From a virus (lineage: Duplodnaviria > Caudoviricetes), in IMG/VR virus record IMGVR_UViG_3300010399_000045, positions 1-54,684 of that record: a stretch of DNA of 54,684 bases; one strand, 5' to 3'. This document shows positions 14,821 through 24,715 of this stretch, one piece after another (the first letter of the stretch is position 1; every line of letters starts with the position of its first letter). The translations under genes and the position numbers were made by a program. The notes under the pieces were generated by a model. It ran no database searches. It saw only the letters and a program-made list of their open reading frames with translations, and was not told where the DNA came from.

Positions 14821-15435
14821 ATGGGGACATCACCGGAGACGCCCAAGATGCCCCGCGACCGACTTGCCGCCGTTGCCGCTGTGCGTAACCTGCTGGAGTT
14901 CAGTGGTGACAACCCTTTACGAGAGGGTCTGTCCGACACCCCCGAACGGGTCGTCAAGGCTTGGGAGTTCTGGACCTCGGGCTACGGGGTGAACCCGCAA
15001 GACCTGCTGACGACCTTCGAGGACGGGGTGTGCCGCGACGAGCTTGTCTTCCAGGCCGCCGTCCCGTTCTTCTCGCTCTGCGAGCATCATATGTGCCCGT
15101 TCTTCGGCCTCGCACACGTCGGGTATATCCCGGGTGCGCGGGTCGTCGGCCTGTCAAAAATTGCGCGGGTGATCGAGGTGTTTGCGCGACGTCTCCAGGT
15201 ACAGGAACGTTTGACAGGGCAGGTCGCCGACACTATTTGGGGAGGTCTCGGCGCCATGGGGGTGGGTGTCGTCATGCAGGCCCGCCACCTATGCATGGAG
15301 TCACGCGGTGTCCAAAAGATCGGCACCGTGACCACCACCACGGCCCTACGCGGCAACTTCAAGGAACGGCCCGAGGTGCGCGCCGAGTTCATGACCCTGG
15401 TCGGGGTCGCCATGCAGGGGATCAAAACGATATGA
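14821..15435 (+). CDS. folE: GTP cyclohydrolase I (start uncertain)
   Basis: REGLSDTPERV, SLCEHH, GLSKIAR, RRLQVQERL, HLCMESRGV. Confidence 0.95.
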   Translation: MGTSPETPKMPRDRLAAVAAVRNLLEFSGDNPLREGLSDTPERVVKAWEFWTSGYGVNPQDLLTTFEDGVCRDELVFQAAVPFFSLCEHHMCPFFGLAHVGYIPGARVVGLSKIARVIEVFARRLQVQERLTGQVADTIWGGLGAMGVGVVMQARHLCMESRGVQKIGTVTTTTALRGNFKERPEVRAEFMTLVGVAMQGIKTI

Positions 15436-15911
15436 AAAAGATCGACTGGGAAGAGGTCGTGGCTTTCCTAGACAACCAGCCCTACGACCGCGACGACGGG
15501 GCGTCCCATCGGCTGGCGGACGCGCTGCGCGCCGGCCTTGCTGAACCTTCACGCGCCGATCCCGACGTCGACTGGGACGCAGTCGTCACCAGGCTGTTCG
15601 CCAAGGGCGGCAGCCTCACCTTCAACGTGCCGGAACCTGTCGCCCTTACCCCGCGGCCAATCCAGTACTCCTACAACAGGGCTGGGTCGATCATGCTGCC
15701 CCCAGGTGCGCCGTTCGACGGCAAGGAGGTGCTGATCGAGCTCGCGGCCGGCTGGGTGCAGGCGCGCTGGGAGGACGAGAGGTCCTACGAGACCCAGGAC
15801 GGCAGGGAGACCACGGGCTTCTGCTGGGTATGTCTCGACGATGGTTACACCCAGCAGGAGCTCGACTGCGCGAAGCGCTGGATGCCCATCCCGTCGCCCG
15901 CCGAAGGATGA
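15432..15911 (+). CDS. Hypothetical protein
   Basis: ATGA overlap with folE; MKKIDWEEVV. Confidence 0.6.
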   Translation: MKKIDWEEVVAFLDNQPYDRDDGASHRLADALRAGLAEPSRADPDVDWDAVVTRLFAKGGSLTFNVPEPVALTPRPIQYSYNRAGSIMLPPGAPFDGKEVLIELAAGWVQARWEDERSYETQDGRETTGFCWVCLDDGYTQQELDCAKRWMPIPSPAEG

Positions 15912-15920
15912 TCAAAACCG

Positions 15921-17030
15921 ATGGTGACAAAGAAGACAAAGTTTGCCGTCGATTTGATGATGGACTCGGGCATCTTCAGCGCTTGGAACCGGGGTAAGAG
16001 CCTGAACTTGCTCGACTACATCAAATACGTCAAGGACAACAAGCACCTGCTGTGGACCTACGTCAACATGGACGAGATCCCCGGCAAGTTCGGGCAGAAG
16101 CGCACCCAGCGCGACGTCGACGAGTCTGCCGAGATCAGCTACTACAACCTGCAGACCATGAAGTCGCACGGCCTGCACCCGATCCCGGTCTTCCACCAAG
16201 GGGAGCGCTTCACCTGGCTGGAGCAGCTTCTGAAAGACGGCGAGGACTACATCGGTATCTCGTCGGCGAAGGACCTCAACCGACCCGCGCAGCAGGCCTG
16301 GCTGGACCAGGTGTTCTCGATCCTGTGCGACGGGCGCGGGCGGCCCATCATCAAAACCCACGGCTTTGGCATCTCGCGGGTCGCCTTCCTGCTGCGCTAT
16401 CCCTGGTGGTCGTCCGACTCGACGACCTGGTCGCTGACCCCGGGCTACGGTTCGATCCTGGTCCCACCCTGGGACGGCCGCAAGTTTGACTACAGCCGGT
16501 CTGCCTTCCGGTGCGTCACCTCAGGCGTGCAGCAGACAGGTGCGACCCTGCAGAAGCGCCAGTTCGAGGCCCTGGGTCCGCAGCAGCAGGCCGTCGTTCT
16601 GCGCTACCTCGCCGAGATCGGGGTGACTCTCGTCGAAGCGCGCTACAGCACCCAGCAGCGCCGGCGATGCGTCCTGCACTACTATCTGCAGCTGCAGAAG
16701 CATCTGGATGGTGTCAACTTCCGAGGTCACGGCAAGGCGAAGTCAGAGGGCATGGCTCCCTTCCGCACCAACATCGTCTACGCGACGATGCTCGACAAGG
16801 CGTGGGGCCAGCTGATGAACGAGCTCGGGGCGCGCACCCGCCTCCTGTCCTATTGGGAGATGCGCGACCAGCCCAGCGAGGTGCTCGCCCGGTATGTCGA
16901 GACAGGCACCCACGGTCCGTGGGTGCCGCGGGCACCGAAGCAATCATGGAAGTCAGAGGCCTACCGGAACTACCGCCGAGCGGCCCTGCACAGGAGAGGT
17001 TTGCAGGATGGAGAGGAAATTACTGCTTGA
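15921..17030 (+). CDS. TGT-fold DNA deazaguanine transglycosylase (DpdA-like)
   Basis: DSGIFSAW, NMDEIPG, PIPVFH, HGFG, SSDSTTW motifs; located next to queC/folE. Confidence 0.75.
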   Translation: MVTKKTKFAVDLMMDSGIFSAWNRGKSLNLLDYIKYVKDNKHLLWTYVNMDEIPGKFGQKRTQRDVDESAEISYYNLQTMKSHGLHPIPVFHQGERFTWLEQLLKDGEDYIGISSAKDLNRPAQQAWLDQVFSILCDGRGRPIIKTHGFGISRVAFLLRYPWWSSDSTTWSLTPGYGSILVPPWDGRKFDYSRSAFRCVTSGVQQTGATLQKRQFEALGPQQQAVVLRYLAEIGVTLVEARYSTQQRRRCVLHYYLQLQKHLDGVNFRGHGKAKSEGMAPFRTNIVYATMLDKAWGQLMNELGARTRLLSYWEMRDQPSEVLARYVETGTHGPWVPRAPKQSWKSEAYRNYRRAALHRRGLQDGEEITA

Positions 17031-18051
17031 GGCGGCGGAGAGCGTCGCACCAGCACTGTCCGCGACCGACATCATGCCAATCATGCAGTGCCTGTGGTTC
17101 TCAGGCGACTCGGTCATGGCCTACAACGACGTGATCGCGCTGCGCGCGCTTCTGCGCACCGACTTCTCCGGCGCCGTCTCAGGCAAGACCCTGCTCGCGC
17201 TCCTGCGCGCCTCGCGCGCGAAGGACGTCGAGACGATCGCGGCGGGTGACGCCCTGAAGATCAAGGCCGCGGGTGCGCGCATGACCCTGCCGGTGCAACC
17301 GGTCGACCACTTCGTGTTCGAGTTCCCCAAACTGGAGACGGTGCCACCATTGCCGATCGACAACACTGCGTTCTTGCAGGCGCTCGCCGCTTGCATGCAG
17401 TCGATCGGCGACGACACGGGGCACCCCGACACGCTCGGCGTGACCCTGATCGCTGGCAAAGACTCGATTACCCTATACTCGACCAACAACCGCACCATGA
17501 CCCGCGCTGTCCTGCCCGTCAATAAGGGTGCCAAGCTTCACAAGCTGGCCGCACGCTCGGTCCTGCCTGCGCTGTTCTGCGCACAGCTGCTCAAGCTGGC
17601 ACGCAAGGGTATCAACCTGCAGATCGACGACATTGAGGCGCATCTCACAGCGCCCGACGCCAGCATGTACGGCAAGCTGGTTCAGGTCGACAAGCCCCTC
17701 GACTTTGACGGGATATTTGGTCATCACGTGCCTGGTGATTACCGCAAGCGTCTCCGCGAGATCCCGAAACGATTGGCACTCGCGCTTGAACGTGCGACGA
17801 TCGTCGCCGGCGAGGACAGCAAGACCCTCCTGTCGGTCAAGGAGGGCAAGCTGCGGCTGGTCACCACCACCGATGGTAAGGGCGAGATACGCGACGTGCT
17901 GGCCTTCCCCGACCACGAGGATGCCGAGTTCTCGGTCAAACCGAAGGTGCTACGCGCGGCGATCGACGGTCAGGAGAAGATGCTGATCACCAAGCAGTGC
18001 GCGGTGCTGGAGCACGGCTCGATCCTGCATCTGGTCGCCGGCCAGGGCTGA
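17008..18051 (+). CDS. DNA sliding clamp (DNA pol III beta-like)
   Basis: 347 aa; N-terminus (APALSATDIMPIMQCLWF) and three-domain size resemble DnaN; precedes the polymerase. Confidence 0.75.
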   Translation: MERKLLLEAAESVAPALSATDIMPIMQCLWFSGDSVMAYNDVIALRALLRTDFSGAVSGKTLLALLRASRAKDVETIAAGDALKIKAAGARMTLPVQPVDHFVFEFPKLETVPPLPIDNTAFLQALAACMQSIGDDTGHPDTLGVTLIAGKDSITLYSTNNRTMTRAVLPVNKGAKLHKLAARSVLPALFCAQLLKLARKGINLQIDDIEAHLTAPDASMYGKLVQVDKPLDFDGIFGHHVPGDYRKRLREIPKRLALALERATIVAGEDSKTLLSVKEGKLRLVTTTDGKGEIRDVLAFPDHEDAEFSVKPKVLRAAIDGQEKMLITKQCAVLEHGSILHLVAGQG

Positions 18052-18059
18052 GCGGGGGC

Positions 18060-20600
18060 ATGGGGTTCTTTCCCGCAGGGCCTGCCCGGCCGCAGGGTCC
18101 GCGCGATCTCGGCGGGATCTCCCTCGCCACCCTTCACAAGGGCGGTTGCAGCATCTGCCCGCTGAACCACCAGCGCGGGCTGCACCATCCGCAGATGAAG
18201 CCGCACGGTGCGACAAAGCCCCGCGTCTACATGCTGGGTGAGGCGCCCGGCGAGAAGGAGGATGAGAAGGGTCGGCCCTTCGTCGGGCCCGCTGGCAGCA
18301 TGCTTCGCCAGCACATGCCCGACAAGTGGCGCGACGACAGGATACGCTGGAACAACGTCGTCCGCACCCGGCCTCCTGACAACCGAGACCCGGCACCTGT
18401 GGAGATCGAGTGTTGTAGACCCAGTATCGTAGCCGACGTAGAGGAGGCGGCACCCGAAGCAATATTTGGTTTCGGCAACGTGCCTCTGCACTGGGCGACC
18501 AGGCAGACAACTATCTCCAACTGGAACGGACGGCGGATACCCGTGCGGATCGGGAACCACACCTGCTGGTACTTCCCGATGCTGCACCCGTCCTTCATCC
18601 TGCACCTGCCCTCGCGGCGGTCGGCGGAAGAGTGGGAGTTCATATTTGCGCTGAACCTGTACCAGGCCTTCGAAGCCGTGGAGGCGGGCCTTCCCAAACC
18701 TGTGGTGCACACGCCCGAACGTGCGCTCGCCAACGTCGAGGTCGTGGACGGGTCAGGCGGGGAGGCGGACGTCAAACGTGTCGTTGAACTGATCCGGGGG
18801 TTGTACGACGAGAAGACAGCCGGCCTCGACTACGAGACCAAGCGCCTGCGACCGTACTACAACGACTCGCGCATCCTGTCAGTTGGACTGTCCTCGCGCA
18901 CGTCGACCTTCGCCTTCCCTGTCGACCACCCTGGGGGCTGGAAGAAGACGCGATACCGCGACGCTGTCGTCGACGAGTACAAGCGATTCCTGTACGAGGC
19001 GCCCACCATCAAGATCGCACATCAGCTGGCCTTCGAGCACGAATGGTCGGGCTGGACGTTTGGTCGGGACTGCATCCGCAAAGGTTGGGAGGACACCGCG
19101 TCACAGGCCTACATCCTGGACGAGCGCCCCGGCCACGGCAAGTGCCATTCCCTCAACTTCCTGTGTGTTCAGTACTTCGGGCTACCGATCAAAGACCTGC
19201 ACAGGCTCGACAAGGACAATCTGGACAAGGCGCCGATCCGCGACGTGCTGCAGTACAACGCGGTCGACGCGCGGTACTGCCGCTTCCTGCATTTCCCGCA
19301 GATGCAGCGTCTGCGCGACGAGTGCCTTGAGGTCGTCTACCGCCGACACATGCGGCGGATCCCGACCATGGTCCTGACCCAGATGAAGGGCATCCCGATC
19401 GACCAGGAGGTGGTGGCAGACTTCGACGAGAAGTTCACCAAACAGAAGGCGAAGATCGAGGCAGAGATCGCCGCGATCGACGTCGTGCAGCTGTTCGCGA
19501 AAAAGAAGGGTGCGCCGTTCAACCCGGGGTCGAACCCGGACATCATGTACGTGCTCAACAGACTGCTACTACTTGGCGTCGCGAACTGCGACGAGTCGAT
19601 CCTCAAACCACTCAAGCATCCTTTTGCGAAGACCATCCTGCGGTACCGAAACGTCACCAAGCTACACTCAACCTACGTCAAGTGCCTGATGCTGGGCAGT
19701 TCTGATCTGCATCCTGACGGCCTGATCCGCCCGTTCCTGGCAACGACTAAGACACGCACCTGGCGCACCTCATCCGAACAGCCTAACTCACAAAATTTTC
19801 CCAAGCGCGAGAATAAAGAACTGCGATCACAAGTCCGCAAGCGCGGCCACAAGGTCGTATCCTTCGACTATGGGCAGATCCAGGCGCGAAACGTGGGGAT
19901 GGAATCGCGCGACCCAGTGCTGGTCAAAGCTTTCTGGGACCATTACGACATCCATACCGCCTGGACCGAGATCATCGTCAAGTTATACCCCGCTTGGATC
20001 AAGGAGGGTGCAAAGACGCTCGCCACCGATCCCAAATTGTTCGAGAAGTACCGCGATCGCACGAAGAACGAGCTGGTGTTTCCCTCGTTCTTTGGTGCAC
20101 AGGCGACGTCGGTCGCTCGCTACCTTGGGATCCCCGACAACATCGCCAAGGAATTGCACGATCGCTTCTGGGATCGCTTTGGCGGCATCAGAAATTGGCA
20201 CCGACGCCTGGAGGCGAACTACAAGAAGACAGGCTACGTGACTGGGCACTCGGGTTTCAGACGGCGGGGTCCCATCAGCCCGAACGAGCTGATCAACGCG
20301 CCGATCCAGGCGGACGAGTCCCTGATCGTCTGCGACGCCATGGCACGCCTGTCGGAGCTCGGACCGGAGGAGTACCAGGCCAATATGGAGATCCACGACG
20401 ATCTCACCTTCATATGGCCGACAGAGAAGGTTGACGAGTACTCCGAGGTCGTGATCCGCGAGATGCTGCGGATCGAGTATGATTGGATTAACGTGCCGCT
20501 GGTCGTCGACCGCAGCATCGGCGACGACTGGGCCTTCAAGGAAGGTGCGGGTCGGTTCGAGACGAAGCGCGACGGTTCGTACTACGAGATCAAGAAATGA
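18060..20600 (+). CDS. Family A DNA polymerase with N-terminal uracil-DNA glycosylase-like domain
   Basis: CxxC, GEAPG, PFVGPAG, LHPS (UDG); DYET exonuclease; RTSSEQPNSQN, DYGQIQAR, IHDDL. Confidence 0.92.
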   Translation: MGFFPAGPARPQGPRDLGGISLATLHKGGCSICPLNHQRGLHHPQMKPHGATKPRVYMLGEAPGEKEDEKGRPFVGPAGSMLRQHMPDKWRDDRIRWNNVVRTRPPDNRDPAPVEIECCRPSIVADVEEAAPEAIFGFGNVPLHWATRQTTISNWNGRRIPVRIGNHTCWYFPMLHPSFILHLPSRRSAEEWEFIFALNLYQAFEAVEAGLPKPVVHTPERALANVEVVDGSGGEADVKRVVELIRGLYDEKTAGLDYETKRLRPYYNDSRILSVGLSSRTSTFAFPVDHPGGWKKTRYRDAVVDEYKRFLYEAPTIKIAHQLAFEHEWSGWTFGRDCIRKGWEDTASQAYILDERPGHGKCHSLNFLCVQYFGLPIKDLHRLDKDNLDKAPIRDVLQYNAVDARYCRFLHFPQMQRLRDECLEVVYRRHMRRIPTMVLTQMKGIPIDQEVVADFDEKFTKQKAKIEAEIAAIDVVQLFAKKKGAPFNPGSNPDIMYVLNRLLLLGVANCDESILKPLKHPFAKTILRYRNVTKLHSTYVKCLMLGSSDLHPDGLIRPFLATTKTRTWRTSSEQPNSQNFPKRENKELRSQVRKRGHKVVSFDYGQIQARNVGMESRDPVLVKAFWDHYDIHTAWTEIIVKLYPAWIKEGAKTLATDPKLFEKYRDRTKNELVFPSFFGAQATSVARYLGIPDNIAKELHDRFWDRFGGIRNWHRRLEANYKKTGYVTGHSGFRRRGPISPNELINAPIQADESLIVCDAMARLSELGPEEYQANMEIHDDLTFIWPTEKVDEYSEVVIREMLRIEYDWINVPLVVDRSIGDDWAFKEGAGRFETKRDGSYYEIKK

Positions 20601-20627
20601 GGTCAAGGTGACTATCGGGTTCGCAGA

Positions 20628-20964
20628 CTTTGTCGGATTCCTCGCGCGCGAGATGACCAAGGGCGTCACCGCGGGGACGGCGCTCCGGCGGGCCGTGATC
20701 CACTTCCTGCCCCGCGGGCCTGCGGACAGGCCTGATCAGGGCCTCGCTGTCCTGCTGTCCCTGATCCAGGCGGAGATGCTGAAGGGCAAGAAGCCCTGCC
20801 AGGCCCTGCGCGTCGCCATTGAAAAGCTGGACTGGCAAATACGCGATGGGGCGAAGCGGCAAACCCGGGCGTGCATCCGAGGTCGCAACGAAGAACACAA
20901 AATAGCGCGTGATCGACTTCCCGACAACCTGCTGGACGACCTAGATGAGGAGATCCCGTTTTGA
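20628..20964 (+). CDS. Hypothetical protein (start uncertain)
   Basis: ORF ending DDLDEEIPF. Confidence 0.45.
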
Positions 20965-21218
20965 AGAACAACAGGGTTCTTCCGAGACGTCCACGCCAGC
21001 CGCGTTACATGCCGGACTGGTCCGACGACAAGGTGGCACGCGAGGTCCTGCTCGACACCTACATCAACAAGGCACGTAAGGAGTTCAAGGCCGCGCGCCG
21101 CCGTATCACCGAGGTGCTCTCCGCGGAAGGGGATCCACCGTCACCGATCGAGATGCGGCGCATGGAGTTCGACGCCGTCGTCAAGATCGCCGAAGCCCTG
21201 GGAGTGAAATTACTCTGA
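20961..21218 (+). CDS. Hypothetical protein
   Basis: Coupled to the clamp loader start. Confidence 0.55.
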   Translation: MKNNRVLPRRPRQPRYMPDWSDDKVAREVLLDTYINKARKEFKAARRRITEVLSAEGDPPSPIEMRRMEFDAVVKIAEALGVKLL

Positions 21219-22150
21219 TGTCCCTTATCACCAAGCATCGCCCACGCAACTTCTCCGAGGTCGTCGGCCAGGAGACGGCTGTCAAGGTTCTGGAGGGCCT
21301 GGTTAAACGCGGGGAGGCGCACGCCTTCCTCCTGTCGGGGCCCGCAGGCACCGGCAAGACCTCCCTCGCGCGGATCGTCGCGCGCGCTCTCGGCATCCTC
21401 GACAAGGACATGCTCACGATCGCGGCGGCCGTCAAAACAGGCGTCGGTGACATGCGCGACGTGCTGGAGCTGACGCTCTACGCACCGCTCGGTAAGGGCA
21501 GCGGGCGCGCGATCATCCTCGACGAGGCGCACCGCTTGTCGGCCAACGCGTGGGACTCGCTACTGCTCGCGATCGAGGAACCGCAGAAGCATGTATACTG
21601 GTTCCTGTGCACCACCGACCCGCGCAAGATACCGGCGACCATCAAGCAGCGCTGTGCAGACATCAGCCTCAAGCCCGTTCCTGACAAGGTGCTGGGTACG
21701 CTGTACGACCGGGTGTGCAAGGTCGAGAAGATCAACTTGCCAGGTGACGTCGGCGACCTGATCATCCGCGAAGCCAACGGCTCACCGCGGCAGATGCTGG
21801 CGAACCTGGACGTGTGCCGCGATGTCAGCAGTCTGAAGGACGCGGCAAATCAGCTCAAGAAGGTACTCGACACCGAGCCTGTGATCGAGCTCGCGCGGTT
21901 CCTGCTGAACGGGGGTGGCTCGTGGGCGAAGGTCGCCGCGATCCTGGTCAAGCTGAAGGAGGAGCCCCCGGAGTCGGTTCGCATCGTCGTTGTGAACTAC
22001 ATCGCCGGCTGCATCAGGAACGCCAAGGCTGAGAAGGAGGTCTGCCACCTGCTCAGCGTGCTGGAAGCGTTCGCGACACCCTACAACCCGGCCGAGGGGC
22101 AGGCACCCCTCCTGCTGTCGGTGGGCAGGGTATTGTATTCAGGAAATTGA
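21218..22150 (+). CDS. dnaX: Clamp loader, DNA pol III gamma/tau-like AAA+ ATPase
   Basis: KHRPRNFSEVVGQ, GPAGTGKT, ILDEAH, IEEP, TIKQRC. Confidence 0.9.
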   Translation: MSLITKHRPRNFSEVVGQETAVKVLEGLVKRGEAHAFLLSGPAGTGKTSLARIVARALGILDKDMLTIAAAVKTGVGDMRDVLELTLYAPLGKGSGRAIILDEAHRLSANAWDSLLLAIEEPQKHVYWFLCTTDPRKIPATIKQRCADISLKPVPDKVLGTLYDRVCKVEKINLPGDVGDLIIREANGSPRQMLANLDVCRDVSSLKDAANQLKKVLDTEPVIELARFLLNGGGSWAKVAAILVKLKEEPPESVRIVVVNYIAGCIRNAKAEKEVCHLLSVLEAFATPYNPAEGQAPLLLSVGRVLYSGN

Positions 22151-22173
22151 CAGGCCGCGAGGGAAAGGGACCG

Positions 22174-22734
22174 ATGAAACGAACACCACCGGAAAGAGCT
22201 CCCGCGAAGTCCGCGCCTGAAAAGCGCGAACGCGCACCACCCGCAACCAACCCGGTCGACGATGAGCTCTACAGCGAGCTCGAGCTGGCGCTGCGGATCG
22301 ACGAGAACGCGCTCGACGAGGCCGAGATCAGGCAGGTCGACTGCTACCATGAGGCGAGTAAGCAGCTCAAGTTCCTGATCTCGCGCAGGGACGCGGCGAA
22401 GCAGCATCTCGCCGAGGCGGAGGCCGAGGCCTACCTACACGTCAAGTCTTTCCTGGAGAAGGCTGAGGCGGACGGCAAGAAGAAGGCGACCGAGAACGAG
22501 ATCAAGGCCCACGTCGTACAGGACCGGCAGGTACGCGAAGCGAACGCCACGCTGCTCGCGCTCTCTGAGCAGGTCGGTAAGTGGCAGGCGCTGGTGTCCT
22601 CCTTCGAGCAGCGCTCCTACGCGCTAAAGGATCTGGCGGCCCTATGGATCGCCGGTTACAACGGCGCCCGCGCGCCGCTGGTTCGCGACGTCAACAGGGA
22701 GGCGCTTGCCGCCGAGCGAAGGAGGCGCTCGTGA
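22174..22734 (+). CDS. UvsY-like recombination mediator
   Basis: Helical protein with KATENEIK...FEQRSYALK; located upstream of SSB and RecA. Confidence 0.5.
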   Translation: MKRTPPERAPAKSAPEKRERAPPATNPVDDELYSELELALRIDENALDEAEIRQVDCYHEASKQLKFLISRRDAAKQHLAEAEAEAYLHVKSFLEKAEADGKKKATENEIKAHVVQDRQVREANATLLALSEQVGKWQALVSSFEQRSYALKDLAALWIAGYNGARAPLVRDVNREALAAERRRRS

Positions 22735-22885
22735 CCGAAAGCCTGATCGCGGGGGCGGCGCTAGTGCTGACCGCCGCCTTGTTCACGGCAGCTACCATCA
22801 ACTACTACTTCCACTGCAAGCTGGGGTTCCACAGGCAGCTCATGCGTGATGCCGCGCACCCCGCAACACAAAGGAGCGACATCGG

Positions 22886-24133
22886 ATGATCATGCGAGCT
22901 GAGAAGAAGCGGGGCGCGTCAGGCCGAAGGCCCGGGAAGGGTTTCAAGTACAAGCCGCGGAACGCCGAGGCCGTCAAGGCGCGGGCCGAGCAGTCCGGCG
23001 GCCGGTTCGACTCGGCGTTCAAGTCGAGCTTGGATCTGTGGCGCCCCAAGGAGGGCGACAACCTGGTGCGTATCCTGCCCCCGACCTGGGACAGCGATCA
23101 CTACGGCCTCGATATCTGGGTGCACAAGTTCATCGGTGCCGACAACGGTACCTACCTGTGCAACGAGAAGATGGTCAACAAACCGTGCAAGGTCTGCAAC
23201 GCCATGCGCGAGGCCAAGGCCGAGGGCGAGGCAGACGAGGTGAAGGCGCTGACGCCGGCCCGGCAGGTCGTCTACTGGATCCGCGATCGCGACGACGACG
23301 CCAACCCACCGAACCCGCAGCTGTTCGCTGTGTCCTGGCAGGCCGACAAGGACATCGCAAAGGAGTGCCACGACAACCGCACCGGCAAGCTGCTGCTGAT
23401 CGACCATCCCGACGACGGCTACGATCTACGCATCTTCCGCGAGGGCAAGGGGCTGCGCACCCGCTACAAATACAGCGTAGCGCGCGACAACTCGCCGATC
23501 GACGACGATGCCGAGGTGCAGGACAACATCCTCGCTTTCATCACCGACAACCCGCTGCCGTCCTGCCTGCACTACTACAGCAGCGAGCACATCCAGCGCG
23601 CGCTGGAAGGTGTCGGCGGCGAGAAGGACGAGGAACTCGACGAGCGACCGGACCGCACCAAGCGGCGCCCGGCAGACGAGGAGGACGACGAGGACGGGGG
23701 CAAAAAGAAACCGGCACGCGGGCGATCCAGCGAGGATGAGGACGAGCGTCCGCGTCGTACCAAGCCTGCGCGCGACGAGGATGAAGACGAGGACCCCGAG
23801 GACGAGGAAGAGCAGGACGAGGAGGACAACGACGCCGAGGCCGAGGAGGCCGGTAGCGACGAGGACGATGACGATGCCGATCCTGAGGATGAGGAAGCCG
23901 GCGAAGACGCTGACGAAGACGAAGCCAGCGACGACGAGGACGAGGATCCTGAGGACGAGGAGGAACAGGCACCCCGCAAGAGGCCGGCCGCCGCGAAGCC
24001 GTCCCGCGAGCCTGAGAAGCCGCGCAAGTCGGGCACGACCCGGGTGCAGCCGCGGGAACCGGCGAAGACCTCCAGGGTCGCAGGCAAGACCCAGCGTACC
24101 GGCAGCGGCAGGAAGCAATACGACCGGGACTAG
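22886..24133 (+). CDS. Single-stranded DNA-binding protein (gp32-like) with long acidic region
   Basis: VRILPP, H...C...CKVC Zn ligands, DHPDDGYDL...GKGLRTRY, D/E-rich tail. Confidence 0.75.
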   Translation: MIMRAEKKRGASGRRPGKGFKYKPRNAEAVKARAEQSGGRFDSAFKSSLDLWRPKEGDNLVRILPPTWDSDHYGLDIWVHKFIGADNGTYLCNEKMVNKPCKVCNAMREAKAEGEADEVKALTPARQVVYWIRDRDDDANPPNPQLFAVSWQADKDIAKECHDNRTGKLLLIDHPDDGYDLRIFREGKGLRTRYKYSVARDNSPIDDDAEVQDNILAFITDNPLPSCLHYYSSEHIQRALEGVGGEKDEELDERPDRTKRRPADEEDDEDGGKKKPARGRSSEDEDERPRRTKPARDEDEDEDPEDEEEQDEEDNDAEAEEAGSDEDDDDADPEDEEAGEDADEDEASDDEDEDPEDEEEQAPRKRPAAAKPSREPEKPRKSGTTRVQPREPAKTSRVAGKTQRTGSGRKQYDRD

Positions 24134-24141
24134 CCTTTGCC

Positions 24142-24552
24142 ATGTATTGGCGCAAAATACCTGGGTACGGGCTGTACGAGGTGTCCAGTTTCGGCGAAGT
24201 TCGTCGGGCATTGGATTCCCCCAGAGGTCATGGCACGTACCCAGGGCGCCCCTGCAAACAAGCAAAGTCAGCTGCCGGTCGAGCTAACTTCACCTTGGTG
24301 AATGATCTTGGTCAGTGGAAACGCGGAATTTTGGCTAGTACTTTAGTCGCCTTAGCCTTTATTGGTCCGCGACCTTCCCCCAAGCATGGGGTACTCCACA
24401 AGGATGATGATAGAGGCAATGACCATATCGGCAACCTGTACTAGGGTACCCACAGTGACAATGGAAAGGATGCCGTCAAGAATGGGCGCATCCCTACTGG
24501 CCGTCAGCACCACCTGTGGAAACACGGGCGGAATTGCAAGAAGCGAGACTAG
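24142..24552 (+). pseudogene. NUMOD4-HNH homing endonuclease with in-frame TAG at 24442
   Basis: WRKIPGYGLYEVSSFGEVR; LVALAFIG...VLHKDDDRGND...NLY*GTHSDNGKDAVKNGR. Confidence 0.8.
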
Positions 24553-24715
24553 GCGACCTGTTGCAGGAATGCAACAGGTCTGGGCCGCGTCGTAGGAGAG
24601 GGCAGGGGTGCCGTGAACGGTTTTCCGGCACCCCCCACCGCAGGGAGGCCCAAAAACCGCCCCAGCAGCTCCCGCAGATGCATTTTCAGGCGTGATTAGG
24701 CAAGGAGTAGCAGCG

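Noticed and set aside
23426-24265. Long antisense and alternate-frame ORFs over the SSB tail and elsewhere
   Set aside because: Shadow ORFs expected from high GC and low-complexity coding sequence
24134-24715. Group I intron carrying the HNH gene
   Set aside because: The flanking ssb and recA genes look complete and no intron core was recognised
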